Assembly (NCBI GenBank): GCA_011109175.1
Contig: RDEW01000001.1
Location: 794,912 to 858,911 of the forward strand
Length of the DNA stretch: 64,000 bases
Reading direction: 5' to 3'
Source: Dicyema japonicum
Lineage: Eukaryota; Animalia; Dicyemida
Below the pieces are notes generated by a model. That model was not told the origin of the DNA. It was given only the letters and a program-made list of their open reading frames with translations, and did no database searches. Position numbers and translations under genes: made by a program. Every line of letters starts with the position of its first letter. The first letter of the stretch is position 1. Positions 1-13,509 of this stretch are shown in pieces.

Positions 1-711
1 ATGTAATCCCGCAGTCTGGCCAGTTGTCGTTCGAGGATCGTGTTCTTTTCGCGGATTTGGCTGTTAACAGAGAAAAGTGGAAGATTTTGGGAAGAAATCA
101 ATGGAGACTGAGATACTGGATAAGAGGAATCTATTCTTAGTGAGGGAAGGATGTTAGTTTTAAGTTAACTGGCAGTGATCAGACTGGGTACCAAAATGGC
201 TGAGATTGTTTTTGGTCTGGATGTAAAGAAGTGGAACAAAATAGTCTTTCCCGACCATTTTAGTCGGAAGTTACACGGAGGGTGAAATTAAAGGATGACA
301 AGCACTTTGTATCTTTTACGAGACTGACCTTTCACAATTTTGGAGGTCGTATAACCAGTAAGAGGTTAAGGTCCGCGATTTTAGAAAACGTCAAGAACTG
401 CATGAAATCCCAGTTGATGAAGGTATTCGTTAATGTAAGTTCAGTGTGGTGTTATCAAGAACATGGAGGATGAGAGGTCAATGGGTTATGCTTTTGTGGA
501 ATTCCATGAACATTCTTTTGCGTCATCCGCTCTCCGTTTCTTCAACAACGATGAGACTGTTTTCGACGGAAGAGTTGTTCAATTTTGTCTATTTCAGATA
601 CCCATCGTTCAGTTTGCTGTGGAGAACAGGAACGTTTTGTTGGCTAAGGAATTGCAGAGAGAAGGACAAAGGGAGAGCAATTGGACGATAAACAGCTTTT
701 GCAGTGACTAA
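1..711 (+). CDS. RBM28: RNA-binding protein 28 / Nop4, 3' part (end of RRM3, linker, RRM4); 5' truncated by window
   Basis: Spliced translation: FEDRVLFADLAVNR..DKRNLFLVREG|LIRLGTKMAE..KLKDDKHFVSFTRLTFHNF..SMGYAFVEFHEHSFASSALRFFNN..GR|IPIVQFAVEN. Predicted introns 153-175 (23 nt), 244-263 (20 nt), 422-443 (22 nt) and an in-frame 24-nt gttgttc..ttcag near 574-597. A frame change near 75-95 is unexplained. Confidence 0.85.
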
Positions 712-789
712 ATGAGAATAACGGTTGGTCTTCGAATTGATTTTAGCTTTAATTCCCGTGAATAACGATTGGTCTTCGAATTGATTTTA

Positions 790-2290
790 GCTAAATTTGT
801 GACTGGACTTCCACGGAGTATCGTCCAGAGAAACGTCGACATAGTTACAGAGACAGAAAACTTTAAGGAGCTCGTATTTTACTATCGTAATGGCTGTAGA
901 CACGTGATGACGGGTACATTTCTACTACCTTCAACTTGTGGAACTGGCATGCCCTGAGGATATTCCATTTAACTAACAGAAATTTGGGACAATTTTGTAT
1001 ATTGAATAACACCAATACAACACAAGAACACATACTCGAACAGGAGACAAGCCTACATCCCCTGACCTCTCTTTATGTTTCCCCTCGTCAACTGGATTAT
1101 AAAATATGAACTAAGAAGTGATTACAACCCTATTATGATGAAAATCAACACTGAAAATAAATTTATCAGACAGAATTTCACTTTTTAAATTTTGAAACCG
1201 CGGATTGGTCCCAAAAAGCAATGGACATCACTTATTGATTCTCTATCGCCAAATACATCCGAGACGCTGATATGGAGGAAAATAAAATATTTGAGACGTT
1301 GCAATGAAGGCTCTGAGAAAGCCTTTCAGGTACAGGGATGTAGCAACATCGACCCAAATATTTTAATGAAACACTATGTCGCAATCAGCCATAAAAATTT
1401 CTCGAGGGAACACAGAGTGAACATGAAGTAGTGAAGAGAACTAGTTTTGTCGGACAACAGAAAATCTAAATTCTGTTTATTGCCGAATGGTGCCCTCAAG
1501 GTTCACCTCTCTCCTCTGCTCTTCAACTTGTACACCAATGATGATCTCGATATATTAATACTCTCATACGCAGATGACATTGTTTTTGCGACGAGAGACT
1601 TTAACTATGAGAAGGCTGGGATGAAACTTCAAAGTTACATTGGTATGTTGGAACATTGGCTCATATCAAATCGACTGGAAGTTTTTACAGGAAAGTCATT
1701 TATAACAATTTTCTCTACTCCCAAAATCAAACTATTTGGATATGAAATTCCTATGAATAAATTTCCAACAATACTTGGATGCTCTCATGACATTCGGCGA
1801 ACACGTCAATGACGTGACGTTATTACCTAAGTCAAGAGGACCAACATATTGAAAATTTTGTCCCGATTACCAATCGTGCACAACATTTTCTTACTACACA
1901 AATTCTATAGACAATAAATACTGCCAGTAATCGAATACGCATGTCCTTCTGGAGCTCGATGATTTCTGAATTGTCGTCTCGAAAATTAGAATCCGCACAA
2001 CTTTCTGCCTTGAAAATAATAAATAAGAAAATTGTGAATAACATATTGAATGTTAAAGAATATCTAAGGTGGAGAGTGAAGTCATTTCTAAAATGGGCAA
2101 TGAAAACTGGCTGTCTACTTTCACTCCCTATATCTGACTATTTAGAAAATGCTGGGAATCTATGGAGAACGATACCGTCCTCGTTTTACCAATTCTACTG
2201 GATTTTCGAGGACCCTCAACGAGAGCCACAACCTGGAAAACCGGGATCACTTAGTTAGTAATTAACTTTTTCTAATCTGGTGATCTTGGG
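790..2290 (+). mobile_element. Degraded Jockey/I-like non-LTR retrotransposon (RT remnant plus 3' UTR)
   Basis: LSPLLFNLYTNDDL..LSYADDIVF RT motifs (1447-1812). The 3' segment gatcacttagttagt..cttggggtaaaaaa resembles the reverse complement of ~12100-12160. Confidence 0.75.
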
Positions 2291-2299
2291 GTAAAAAAA

Positions 2300-3490
2300 G
2301 GAGAGGGATTACCAGCGTTCTGGAATAAAATCCACTTAATTAGATAGTTTACGTTCCGAGTTTCCGTGGTTGACCAAGGTCGACTGTATCGACCGTTTTT
2401 GACGAAGATCTTAAGGAATTCCGGAGACGTCTCAAGGACGAAGAAGACTTCGACAGACTGCAAGACTAGGCATAGAATCGCCAGAGTAAAAAATAGTTAC
2501 CGTGATTTGATTTATCGTGTTGCAGATTCTTTTTCTTCTGCTATGATTTTGCGTAAGCGCTTATCATGATAACAACATAATTTCGATTATTCGAGGATAT
2601 AATAATTAGCCTTTCAATCTTAAGAAGCTCATGGAGATTTAGAGAATTCCAAAGATAGATTCGGTCATCTATCCATTTGTTACTGAAATCTCGCTTCAAT
2701 GTTATCCGAACTTCGACTTAAAAGTTGATAAGTGACAGTAACCTTCATAACAACATCCAAGCATGAGCTAATGAATAAGTATAGCAGATTCAAGGTATAT
2801 GATAAAAAAATAGGTGATAATGGGTCTCCATGTGGAGTGCTGACAGTCGTCTCAAATCGGCGAGACAAGGCTTCCCTGAATCTTACAGTGAGCCAAGTAT
2901 CAGCTAGGAGGGTGGTTGCCATTCTGAGAGTGGCAGCGTCTAGGAAACTCCACAGAGCCAGTATTAGCCTCCGTCTGTCGACATTTCCCAAGTGAATTCA
3001 TTAATATGACTGGACGGAGGTTCTCAACCTTAGCTCTTAGTTTATTCGGCATCTGTACAGGTATCAAGATACCCTCTACCAGGATCAGCGTGTGACCTTT
3101 ATAGTACATTTCATTCAGGATCCTAGCGATGCATTCATACAGCTTTTGGGTTCTATATTTGAAGAATTCATTACCAAGTCCGTCGGGGCCAGGAATCCTG
3201 TTGTTTTTCAACTTGGAACTCGCAAGTTCAACTTCATATGGTGTGATTTCTTCATCCAATTTTCCTCATTCTAGGATGATAGGATTGAAAAGTTTTCCAA
3301 AGTAGGCAGCGATAATTTCCGCCACTTCCCTCTGGTCCACAATCTGCGTTCCTTTTTCATCTCTTATCATTATCGGTTGACGGAGTCTCTTTACTTTTAT
3401 CTGTTTAACAGCCTCGTTAAATTTAGCGTTGTCCTTGAGAGATTCTATCTTCTTAATCTGGTCCAGTGCTCTATTTCTGTTATGCTGACG
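2300..3490 (-). mobile_element. Degraded RTE-clade LINE
   Basis: EITPYEVELASSKLKNNRIPGPDGLGNEFFKY..ENLRPVILMNSLGK, homologous to the RTE copy at ~33 kb. Confidence 0.75.
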
Positions 3491-5845
3491 TATTGTTTTT
3501 CTTTAATTATAAAAATTATTTTTTAATTAATTTTATACATTTTAAATTATTATTCTTACATTTATAATTATTAATTAAAATATAAGTATTTTTTATTCAT
3601 TATAAAAAGTGATATTTAAAATTTTAAATAAACACGTTTATCTTGTATGACAGAATTGATACTAGATAAAATAGTATTATAAAAGAATGTCCAGAAGGAT
3701 TCTACAAAGACTGGGAATTATATAGTGGATTATGTCTAACTACAGTGAAATACACAAAAATACATTTTGTTAACCTTCACAGAATCAATAAACAAATTTT
3801 TACATTACTTTAACATTTAAAGCAAAAAAATGCTGTGATCGGAGGCGAACGGATGGATGCAGACGACCTTGAAACCAGCACGACAACGAAAGGGATGGAG
3901 AAGGCTAACGGAAAGGATAGTCAAAAAAAGTGGCACAAGCGAAACCATAAACGGTGTTTACTGGTAACGCGAATCTGCTTTAACTGACAACTTACTTAAC
4001 ATTTGTTACCTATACGCTATGTCATAGTTACACAGTCTACAATAGACCAAACTGAAGTAAATTATTGGCATCTTAAAATCACGAGGGCTTTAATTAAATC
4101 AGAATGCTTCTCATAATGAGAGATTTATTTAGCTTTCAACTCGCTTATTGTTCCAATCACATGCAAGAGATTATGTGAGTATCACTCAATCCGAATATAT
4201 TGATTTTTTTNNNNNNNNNNNNNNNNNNNNNNNNNNNNNNNNNNNNNNNNNNNNNNNNNNNNNNNNNNNNNNNNNNNNNNNNNNNNNNNNNNNNNNNNNN
4301 NNNNNNNNNNNNNNNNNNNNNNNNNNNNNNNNNNNNNNNNNNNNNNNNNNNNNNNNNNNNNNNNNNNNNNNNNNNNNNNNNNNNNNNNNNNNNNNNNNNN
4401 NNNNNNNNNNNNNNNNNNNNNNNNNNNNNNNNNNNNNNNNNNNNNNNNNNNNNNNNNNNNNNNNNNNNNNNNNNNNNNNNNNNNNNNNNNNNNNNNNNNN
4501 NNNNNNNNNNNNNNNNNNNNNNNNNNNNNNNNNNNNNNNNNNNNNNNNNNNNNNNNNNNNNNNNNNNNNNNNNNNNNNNNNNNNNNNNNNNNNNNNNNNN
4601 NNNNNNNNNNNNNNNNNNNNNNNNNNNNNNNNNNNNNNNNNNNNNNNNNNNNNNNNNNNNNNNNNNNNNNNNNNNNNNNNNNNNNNNNNNNNNNNNNNNN
4701 NNNNNNNNNNNNNNNNNNNNNNNNNNNNNNNNNNNNNNNNNNNNNNNNNNNNNNNNNNNNNNNNNNNNNNNNNNNNNNNNNNNNNNNNNNNNNNNNNNNN
4801 NNNNNNNNNNNNNNNNNNAGGATCAGAGTGTTATCATAATAGTGCATTTCATATAGGATCCTAGCGATGCATTCGTACAGATTTTGGGGTCCATATTTAA
4901 AGAATTCACCACCAAGTCCGTTGGGGCCAGGAATCCTGTTGTTTTTCGACTTCATATGGTGTGATTTCTTCATCCAATTTTCCACGTTCTAGGCTGATAG
5001 GATTAAAAAGTTTTCCAAAGTTAATTTCATTAATTTCCACCACTTCCTTGTTATGATGACGTATAGTTTTTCTTAAAATATAAAAATTATTTTTTATTCA
5101 TTATAAAAAGTGATATTTAAATTTTTTAAATAAACACGTTTATCTTGTATGACAGAATTGATACTAGATAAAATGGTATTATAAAAGAATTTCCAGAAGG
5201 ATTCTACAAAGACTGGGAATTATATAGTGGATTATGTCTAACCACAGTGAAATGCACAAAAATACATTTTGTTGACCTTCACAGAATCAATAAACAAATT
5301 TTTACATTACTTTAACATTTAAAACAAAAAAATGCTGTGATCGGTATTATAAAAGAATGTCGAGAAGGATTCTACAAATACTGGGAATTATACAGTGGAT
5401 TATCTCTAACTACAGTGAAATACACAAAAATACATTTTGTTGACCTTCACAGAATCAACAAACAATTTTTTACACTACTTTAACATTTAAAACAAAAAAA
5501 TGCTGTGATCGGAGGCGAACAGATGGATGCAGACGACCTGGACTTAATCAGGAAACCAGCACGACAACGAAAGGGACGGAGAAGGCTAACGGAGGGGATA
5601 GTCGAAAAAAGCGGCACAAGCGAAACCATAAACAATGTTTACTGTTAACTCGAATGTGCTTTAACTGACAACTAACTTAACATTTGTTACATATACGCTA
5701 TGTCAGAGTTACTCGGTCTACAATAGACCAAACTGAAGTAAATTAGTGGGATCTTAAAATCACGAGGGCTTTAATTAAATCAGAATGCTTCTCATAATGA
5801 GAGATTTATTTAGCTTTCAACTCGCTTATTGTTCCAATCACATCT
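2990..5845. repeat. Near-identical duplication on both sides of the 4211-4818 gap (~3050-4165 vs ~4820-5845), including an RTE 3' fragment
   Basis: Direct sequence identity. The 5500-5650 segment reads DADDLDLIRK..RRRLTEGI, similar to the RTE C-terminus. Confidence 0.8.
4211..4818. other. Assembly gap (others at 23406-23670, 47203-47841, 51133-51163, 57812-58636)
   Basis: N runs; ORFs in the track that span them are artefacts. Confidence 0.99.
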
Positions 5846-5999
5846 TGGATTGGACGTAGAGAATGGTTCTTTTGTCTTTTATTGTGTGTTCAATGCCTGC
5901 AGGCCATGATGGGGCCCATAAAAATAAATTTAAATAAATTAAATTTAAATTATTTTAAATTATTAATTTGATAAAATTTTAAACTATTTTAAATAATTA

Positions 6000-6752
6000 A
6001 TGTGTGCAACTGTTGTACTCTGTAAGAGTTATGACGAAGACGACCCTTACGTTAGTATTTTGTCGTCGAAATACACAGTTAGGGTTTTCAATGTCATCAA
6101 ATTTGATACAACTAATCTCACAGACTTCACTAGCAATCTCAACGACGAAACACTTGACGGTAGAATTTGGAAGTAATTAAGTCATTCAGGAATAATTCTT
6201 ACCAGTCCACGTGCTTCTAAAATATTCCTCGATTCATTGAATGAGAAGACTTTCCAAATTTGGGAGAATAAAACCATTTTTGGTGTTGGAAGCAAAACTG
6301 TTGCCTCTTTGAATTCCTTCAAAAACCTCGTCATCCCTGATACTTCCACTGAGACAGATTTGGCCAGAAAGGTGGTTGAGACTCATCCTGTCCCTTCGAA
6401 GCTGTTGTACCCGTGTAGTAACGTGGCCAGCTCTTCAATATTTGGTACCCTAAGTTTGGCCGGTTTTGAAATACACAAAAGTGTCGTTTATGCTACTGTA
6501 CCTGATGAGGGAGAAGTTGCGAGATTCGGACACTATTTGCAAGTGGAGGTTCCGACATTTGTTGTTTTCTTCAGTGGGTCTGGTGTAAGAGCTTGTAGTG
6601 GGAGATTGAAAGGAGTTAACTTTGTTGCTGTGGGGAGAAGTTCAGAGAGAGAGTTGACGGAGTGCGGCGCAAATGTGAAGGGAAGACTGAGAGGACCATC
6701 CCCCCAATTATTGTTGGATTTACTAAATCGGTTAAATGATCCACGTGCTTGA
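6000..6752 (+). CDS. UROS: Uroporphyrinogen-III synthase (HemD/UROS), intact, 2 exons, ~240 aa
   Basis: Exon 1 6000-6159, GT-AG intron 6160-6189 (30 nt), exon 2 6190-6752. Motifs DDPYV, GIILTSPRA, WENKTIFGVGSKT, LLYPCSN, VVYATV, PTFVVFFSGSGV, FVAVGRSSEREL and GPSPQLL follow the order of animal UROS motifs (DPYI, GLIFTSPRA, WNAKSVYVVGNAT, LLFPCGN, TVYQTV, ITFFSPSGL, FAAIGPTTARAL, SPTPQAL). Confidence 0.92.
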
Positions 6753-6936
6753 TATTATTTCAATAACATATCTACTAGAGAGAGTTGACGGAGTGCGGCG
6801 CAAATGTGAAGGGAAGACTGAGAGGACCATCCCCCCAATTATTGTTGGATTTACTAAATCGGTTAAATGATCCACGTGCTTGATATTATTTCAATAACAT
6901 ATCTACTATCCATTGATTTGTCATGGTTGAACCCAG

Positions 6937-7010
6937 ACCAGGGATCATAGTGGTTAGTGTCATCGCTCGAGTCACGATTAACTCTTGGTTCGATTCCCAC
7001 ATCGCTACCT
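6937..7010 (+). pseudogene. tRNA-like pseudogene or SINE head (Asp-like)
   Basis: A box TAGTGGTTAG (~6948) and B box GGTTCGATTCC (~6987); acceptor stem has mismatches. Confidence 0.5.
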
Positions 7011-7429
7011 ACGTCCTAGGGATACCATTCCGCTCTGTGCCTTCTTCAAATCGAAAAGAATCAGTTGATCCTCCTGTGAAACCCAAAGACTAAAGGACAT
7101 CCAAAAGGATATTTCTTTTCCATACTCCAGTAGAGGGATTCTCACGATGGGGGACATGGATGGACGTGATTCTTTGACAGAATGCGTTTCACTCCGACCG
7201 TGGGACTGGGTATACTTTAATTAGATGTTAATTTACTCAACCTCTTTTTATTATATCCGGGGTTATTATATACAAGTAACTATTAGTAAAAAGTAAATTT
7301 TAATTTGGATGGGACTGGGTATACTTTAATTAGATGTTAATTTATTCAACCTCTTTTTATTATATCCGGGGTTATTATATACAAGTAACTATTAGTAAAA
7401 AGTAAATTTTAATTTGGAATCCCCCCAAA

Positions 7430-8560
7430 GTAAATTTGAAAAGATGGGGTACCTGATTAAATGCTGCTGCATATTCCTTAAGGAATCTCATTGAAATTAC
7501 AAATATTTCCAAAAATCGTTCGATTCAGTCCCCAGGAACTCCTCACAAAGAAAATATTTGAAACGAACATTCACCCGCACTTAAAGCTTCGGGCTAGGAA
7601 CTTCATAAATGGAAGACAAGTAATCTGCAACAACATCTTGCTACTTTCCAAATGGAGTCCCTTAAGGCTCCCCATTGTCACACAACTCTTTGACCTCCGC
7701 ATAAACGAAATACCATAAGAGAACTGGCTAGTCCTCTCCTACGCTGACAACGTTATTCTTCCTCCAANCTTCGACCTCTACATAAACGAAATGCCATAAG
7801 AGAACTGGCTAGTCCTCTCCTTAATCTTCCTCTAAGGCAGAAACATTCAATCCGCCGATTCTTGGGGTAACCTCTGATCAGAGACTCTTTTTTTATCCAA
7901 CATTTGAGAACAAGGTAAATTCTGCTCTGAAGAAAATGAGAATCCTAAAAGTCCTTTCAAAAAAATTTTGGCAAAACTGGAAGCCTCGTCACAGTTTATG
8001 AACAATTTATCCGACCCACGATGACATATCCAAGTCCTTCGTGGGAATGCAGATTTCGCACTTTTCTTAATTGAAACTATCACCAATCCAGTAGACTGCA
8101 GTAACGTTAATTGGACCAGAACACAAGATCCAACCATTTGAAATTTCTTAATAGAATTACGACATAAACTCTTAAAGGAAAATAGTCCACCGAGCTGGCA
8201 TCTGTCCCATGCACTAACAAAATATCTACAATCACACAGTAAGTTTGAGCAGATGCCATATCCGATGAGAAGAGAAATAGAGGATTCTAGGCCCACTGGA
8301 CTCGTCCTTCCCTTTGTCGGTGTGGGATCATTTAGTAAATTAAGAACTTTTACTTCGTTCTTTTTGACCCAGTGATCCTTGGGTAACAATTCTACCCAAT
8401 GGTTTTCTCGATGTTCTACACTTTCGCTCGGTTTCCTCAACCTATAACTGATTTTCNATCAAATTTACCGCCAAATTTAAATTTTTAATTTTTTTAAATT
8501 AATTAAAATAAAATAATAAAATATAAGGTAACTCGTGATAGATTGGGTGAATTCATTTAT
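7430..8560 (+). mobile_element. Degraded Jockey/I-like LINE (RT to 3' end)
   Basis: LFDLRINEIP..LSYADNV RT motifs; A/T-rich tail near 8480-8520. Confidence 0.7.
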
Positions 8561-8879
8561 TTATTAACCCCGGATACAGCGAGAAAGAAGTTAAAGTAAA
8601 CAACTAATTAAGTGTATCCAGTTTTCACTTCTAAAAAAACAGAGTCCATCCATAATCAGCATAAAGGGTAAAAGACGTCAGAAGTTGCATACTGGGTGAA
8701 TAAAAATTATAATAAGACAATAATCAATTAAGTGTTCCTAATGCTTAGAGTGGTCATGTTTCAACCATCCAGAGGACTACCCTAGGACGGCAATGGGATA
8801 GCACATCGCTCAGAAAGAGGTTGAACAAATTGGATGACAGAGAAGATTCCAGTGAAACTCCGTTTAAGAGAAACTAGTG

Positions 8880-9300
8880 ATAGATATCGTTGAAAGTGCA
8901 ACTACCCTTCCTCTCTGTCCATTAATGAAGTTTGCAATCCAAATTTTTAATTTGTCTGAAATGTCTTCTTGCCCAGAGTAGACATAAGATTATTCCATAT
9001 TCTCTTGCTTCTTGGCGTTGTTTCTGATCTTTTTCTCCAAAGCACGAATGCTTATTCTTACTATTAAACTATTCCCAATAACTATGGATCTTATCTCTCG
9101 CAAAACTTTCTGAAAACAATCAGTCTGGAAGCGAACAAAAGTTCACGTGCGAAGTAAAATCTCTCTTTGTAAGATATTGTCTACGAGAGCTTTTATTGAA
9201 TTTTTTTGAGTGTTTCCCATATAGGTTAAAGGTCCTGATATGGATCGAACGTAGACCATCTAGTTTAACACTAGTGCTCCCAGAGAAAGATAATACAGCC
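8880..9300 (-). mobile_element. LINE RT fragment
   Basis: Minus-strand KIWIANFINGQRGRVV resembles the RT WIxSFLxxRxxRV motif. Confidence 0.45.
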
Positions 9301-9319
9301 GACCGCATATCACAACAGT

Positions 9320-10078
9320 GATTACAGATGTGGAGTACTTATTCCGATTTGTGTCAAAGGAACAACACGGAAACACAAGAGAAAGTGCAACACGTGGGAT
9401 TCTTTTCCTCGAAAATGAAGAAGAACATCCTGGTTTTCATGCAAATTCTCCCACCAAGACTGAAGCCCTGAAACCAAAGCACCCGGATGTCAATTCTCCG
9501 TTTTTTGAGTGGCCCGTCCAAACAAAACTTAACCAGCATTCAGGCCCCGCAAATATGTAAACCCAAACCACCGGCCAATCTTGACAAACTCAAAGAGAGG
9601 GTTAATCAAAAAATCCTCGAAGGAGATATCGAGCACCTTTACTGGTTGCTTCATATGTACAGTACTTTAGCAGTCCCCGACTGTTCTTGAGACGCTAAGG
9701 AGGAAACATCCAAACCCGCCGGACGACCTTTGCATACCTACTTCCCTTGAAACCATTTTAAAACTACTTATCAACGTGAGAGATATGCGAGCCAGAATTG
9801 CGTCTTTTGCTGCTAGAAACTGCGGAAGACTGGATGGACTGCGTCCGGGCCATTTAAAGGATCTGACGTCTAGTCCTACAGTTCATGCTAAACATAATCT
9901 CATCGAGTCGATCAGTAATCTTACCTTCCGTATAATATATGGGGATATTCCATCACATGCTCGGGACCTTCTATTCTCTGCCCACCAACTGGCATTCAAA
10001 AAGAGTGATGGAGGCGTTTGTCCCATTGTAGTTGGCAACTATTTCCGTAGATTAAAAATAGCTTTTGATTTTTCTTAG
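9320..10078 (+). mobile_element. CRE-clade (RLE-type) non-LTR retrotransposon, pre-RT/RT fragment
   Basis: SFAARNCGRLDGLRPGHLKDL..LLFSAHQLAFKKSDGGVCPIVVGNYFRRL matches the CRE-type GPDGLRPQHLKD and KKDGGIRPIAVGxxxRRL pattern. Confidence 0.72.
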
Positions 10079-10419
10079 CCGTTCTGTGAGATCCACGTGG
10101 TCCATCCGATCAACACATCGATTTAACTCCTTTCTCAACCATCCACCATCTTATATAAATCTACTCCAAGGATTTAATGAGATCCTTTAATCTTGAGATT
10201 ATATCTTTTAATTTCTTGGAGATCTTTTCAGGTATGTTATTTCGGGTTTGCCAAACCAATTCATTATTATTGCGGGGACCGATTATTCTTCTACTTCTCT
10301 TCGCCGGTTTCATTGACTAAAGGCGCGTGTTTATTTTCAGCAGTGTTTCCGTGTTTCATCCAATTTTGGTCTTTTCCGTCTGTCTTGGTTCTGTTTTATT
10401 GTTGCGAATATTAAGTTTT

Positions 10420-11130
10420 TGTATAGCTTCTATTATTACGAGGCATCCTCACGGGTTTTCGATTCAGGATGCACCTTGCATTCGGAGATGCCGTGTACCC
10501 TTCACAGCGGAAACACTCTTCTTGCAGTGGTACTCAATGTGTCCGATTTTTTGGCAGTTATAACAAATCAACGGATCTCTCTGCATCCATTCGCACGTGA
10601 TCATGTTTCTTCCAATGAAAAAGTTGCAGCTGATTAACGATGTGGCCTCCGCTTTTTGTCATACTGAATCCTTGGCCATTGGCAACGTCTGTCCTTCTCT
10701 GAACATTCGAGAGACCTCCGTAGTGGATGGGGCCATCTCTTGGAGGTAGTCCAGGAGGTTACTGTCTTCCACCCAAAGGGGTAAGATCTTCATTACAATC
10801 TCTGATGAACTCGAGGTTATTTCTCTGAATTTGTGGTTGCCCAGTCCAAAAAGGCAAGTGTTGTCCACGGCCTCCATAAAGGGTGTTTTATCAGACCTCT
10901 TTTAGAATTCGAGACGCAAGGTACCAGGGCATCTGTGACTCATCCGCNTTCCACCCAAAGGGGTAAGATCTTCATTACAATCTCTGATGAACTCGAGGTT
11001 ATTTCTCTGAATTTGAGGTTGCCCAGTCCAAAAAGGCAAGTGTTGTCCACGGCCTCCATAAAGGGTGTTTTATCAGACCTCTTTTAGAATTCGAGACGCA
11101 AGGTACCAGGGCATCTGTGACTCATCCGCA
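10420..11130 (-). mobile_element. LINE ORF1 (gag-like) remnant with CCHC zinc knuckle
   Basis: Minus-strand ICYNCQKIGHIEYHC at ~10525-10570; part of the segment is duplicated across the single n at 10948. Confidence 0.65.
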
Positions 11131-12099
11131 TAAATCCTGATTCATGGTGGAGATACAGTATATTGGCGAATTTTATCGCACTTGTAGTTGACATGATTGA
11201 CATCAGTAGATCCAGACTGTCTGATTATCTCACAGTAGAATCGGTTGAATCCGTAAGGTTTTCACTAATGGGTTCCGTTTTCCAAATTATGTGCTTTTTG
11301 TTGGTCGCTGTTATGAACATTTTATTAGTTATTTTATGTTCTTTAGCTCTGCACGGTGTCTTGTTCTAAACTGATGAGTTGACAGTCGTAGTTCCCAGAG
11401 GACGGGAAGAGTTGTGTAAACCGACTTTGGCTTGTTTGCTTTTCACTTTTGTAACTAATCAAAAAACTTTATAACTAACTCTTAATTCAGTTTGTAGTAA
11501 AGTTATTATGTTATGTTTTTAGAGAGCTCTTTAGTAGAAATCTACAACAAAGATGACAACATCTCTGCCAAAGAGTTGGAGGTTTTTTTTCATAACTAGA
11601 TTTCAGTCTTTTCCAATCCCCTTAACATTTTGAAATTTTTAGTTTTGGGTTCTTCCAGTTGTTTCTCAATCTAAATGATTTCTAAAGGCTTTTCCCTTCA
11701 ATAATGGATTATTTATCAGTTTTTTATTTACCTCAATACTTGAATAACTCGTGTCACTTAGTTGAATTCACGTGGGACTCCAATTGTTTGTTTTGAGGAG
11801 AGGAAAGGCTTAAATCTTTAAAAAATCATAAACTCACCAAAGTTTAAAATCTCATGTACTTGAGCTTTTAACACATTCTCACGACTTTCTGGCCCTAAAG
11901 GATACTACAAGTTAACATTCTTGGGGAGATCGAGAGTGTGGTTACCGAATATTATACAAAAAGAAGACTCCGATAAGTAACCTTATTATCTCACCTATAG
12001 TTTTTTCCTATATTCAATAATTGATTTTTTATTTGTCCTCTATTTCTTTATTTGTCTTACTTTTTTAATTTGTCGTTTAACCGTTGTTTTTATTTTTAT

Positions 12100-13210
12100 T
12101 TATTTAACCCCAAGACCACCAGGAAAGATATGTCAAAACTAACTAATTAAGTGATCCTAGCTTCCAGCAACATCCGAACTCTCTTCAATTGGTCTTCTGA
12201 TGATCCAACCGCAATTCGGAAGCGTCTTCTCTTGCTTTTGCAAAAGAATTCAATCGGCGTGCACTTTTTTATTACAGACCGAAATTCCTCAACATGGGCC
12301 ACCTTTTAGGTTAAAGTCACTAATTTTTAGTAAGATATGACACTGTTATTATTAGCATCATATTTAAGATATTAATAACTACCACGTGTACTGAAGCCAC
12401 CTTTTAGGTTAAAGTCACTAATTTTTAGTAAGATATGACACTGTTATTATTAGCATCATATTTAAGATATTAATAACTACCACGTGTACTGATTGTGGTT
12501 TGACTATTGGAGAGATTAGTACTTTCAAAGTAATTTATTTATAAATCTCTTATTAACTATCCACTGTTAATGAGTGTAACTCAGCCATTTTGTGATTTTA
12601 TAGGGCATTGATATAATTATTTTTCACTAATCATACTCGGTTGTTTCATTACCATTTAGTAGGCCAATGACACATCAAAGTTTTTAAAATGTTGATTTTG
12701 TTACTCTTTTAGAACAAGTTAAAGTTATTATTACCAACATAGAATCATATGTTATAGTTATACACGTGCATGGATGATTTTTTAATTGATTCAGACTCCT
12801 TCGATCACCAAAGTTGTTCTGCTAATAGTTGAGCTCATTTCCTGTTTTTTACGCTTTTGAAGTCACGTTTTATTTGCTTAGAGTTGATTTGAGTCTTTAC
12901 CAGTGCGTTATTGTCTTTTCTGACATTGGTTTTAATCTACTTGTTAGACTTCTTTGTCGCTGATTCGTCAACAAATTTATAACGATTAACATTTTTCAAG
13001 TCAAAAAATGTTTTCTTTTTAGCTATGGTGTTGTAGTCATTTCGATACAGGACAATTTTCACCTGTAGTTTGAGAGAAGGTCAGTTTAAAATTAGGTAAT
13101 GTTGTTCTATCATTAAAGATATAAGATGCTATCATATTTGTTATTTTTGAGAATTACAAGGTTTTCCGTATAAATATTAGGTTTCCTGTACCATAATGGA
13201 TGATCAGCAT
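12100..13210 (-). mobile_element. LINE 3' end plus AP-endonuclease remnants
   Basis: 3' segment shared with ~2230-2300; ADHPLW and LTFS endonuclease-like words on the minus strand. Confidence 0.4.
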
Positions 13211-13234
13211 TTTTAACAGCACATTAAAGGAGAG

Positions 13235-13497
13235 CCATTTAAGGAAAGAACAGTTATGATAACTAATCGTACAGGGAAAACCAAAAAATGCTCTCCCTCT
13301 TTTTTCTTTTTGTTATGTGATGTCCTTTGTAGACGACCCGGTTTCGCAGTGATATGTTCACTGATTACGGCGTCATTCGTCAAGCCAAAGCATTTAAGAT
13401 AAGTGGAACATTCAACCGCAATATACAGCAGCGGGGTTTGAACTAGGACCATAAGGCCTCTTACCCAGTCCTCGTTGCACAACACTAAGATCCGCAT
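13235..13497 (-). mobile_element. tRNA-derived SINE, family A copy 1 (divergent)
   Basis: Degenerate B box followed by CGCTGCTG, body TTGACGAxTGACGCCGTxATCAGTGAA and tail ATAACTGTTCTTT shared with the copies at 23050 and 38200. Confidence 0.7.
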
Positions 13498-13509
13498 TTA
13501 GTATTGATA

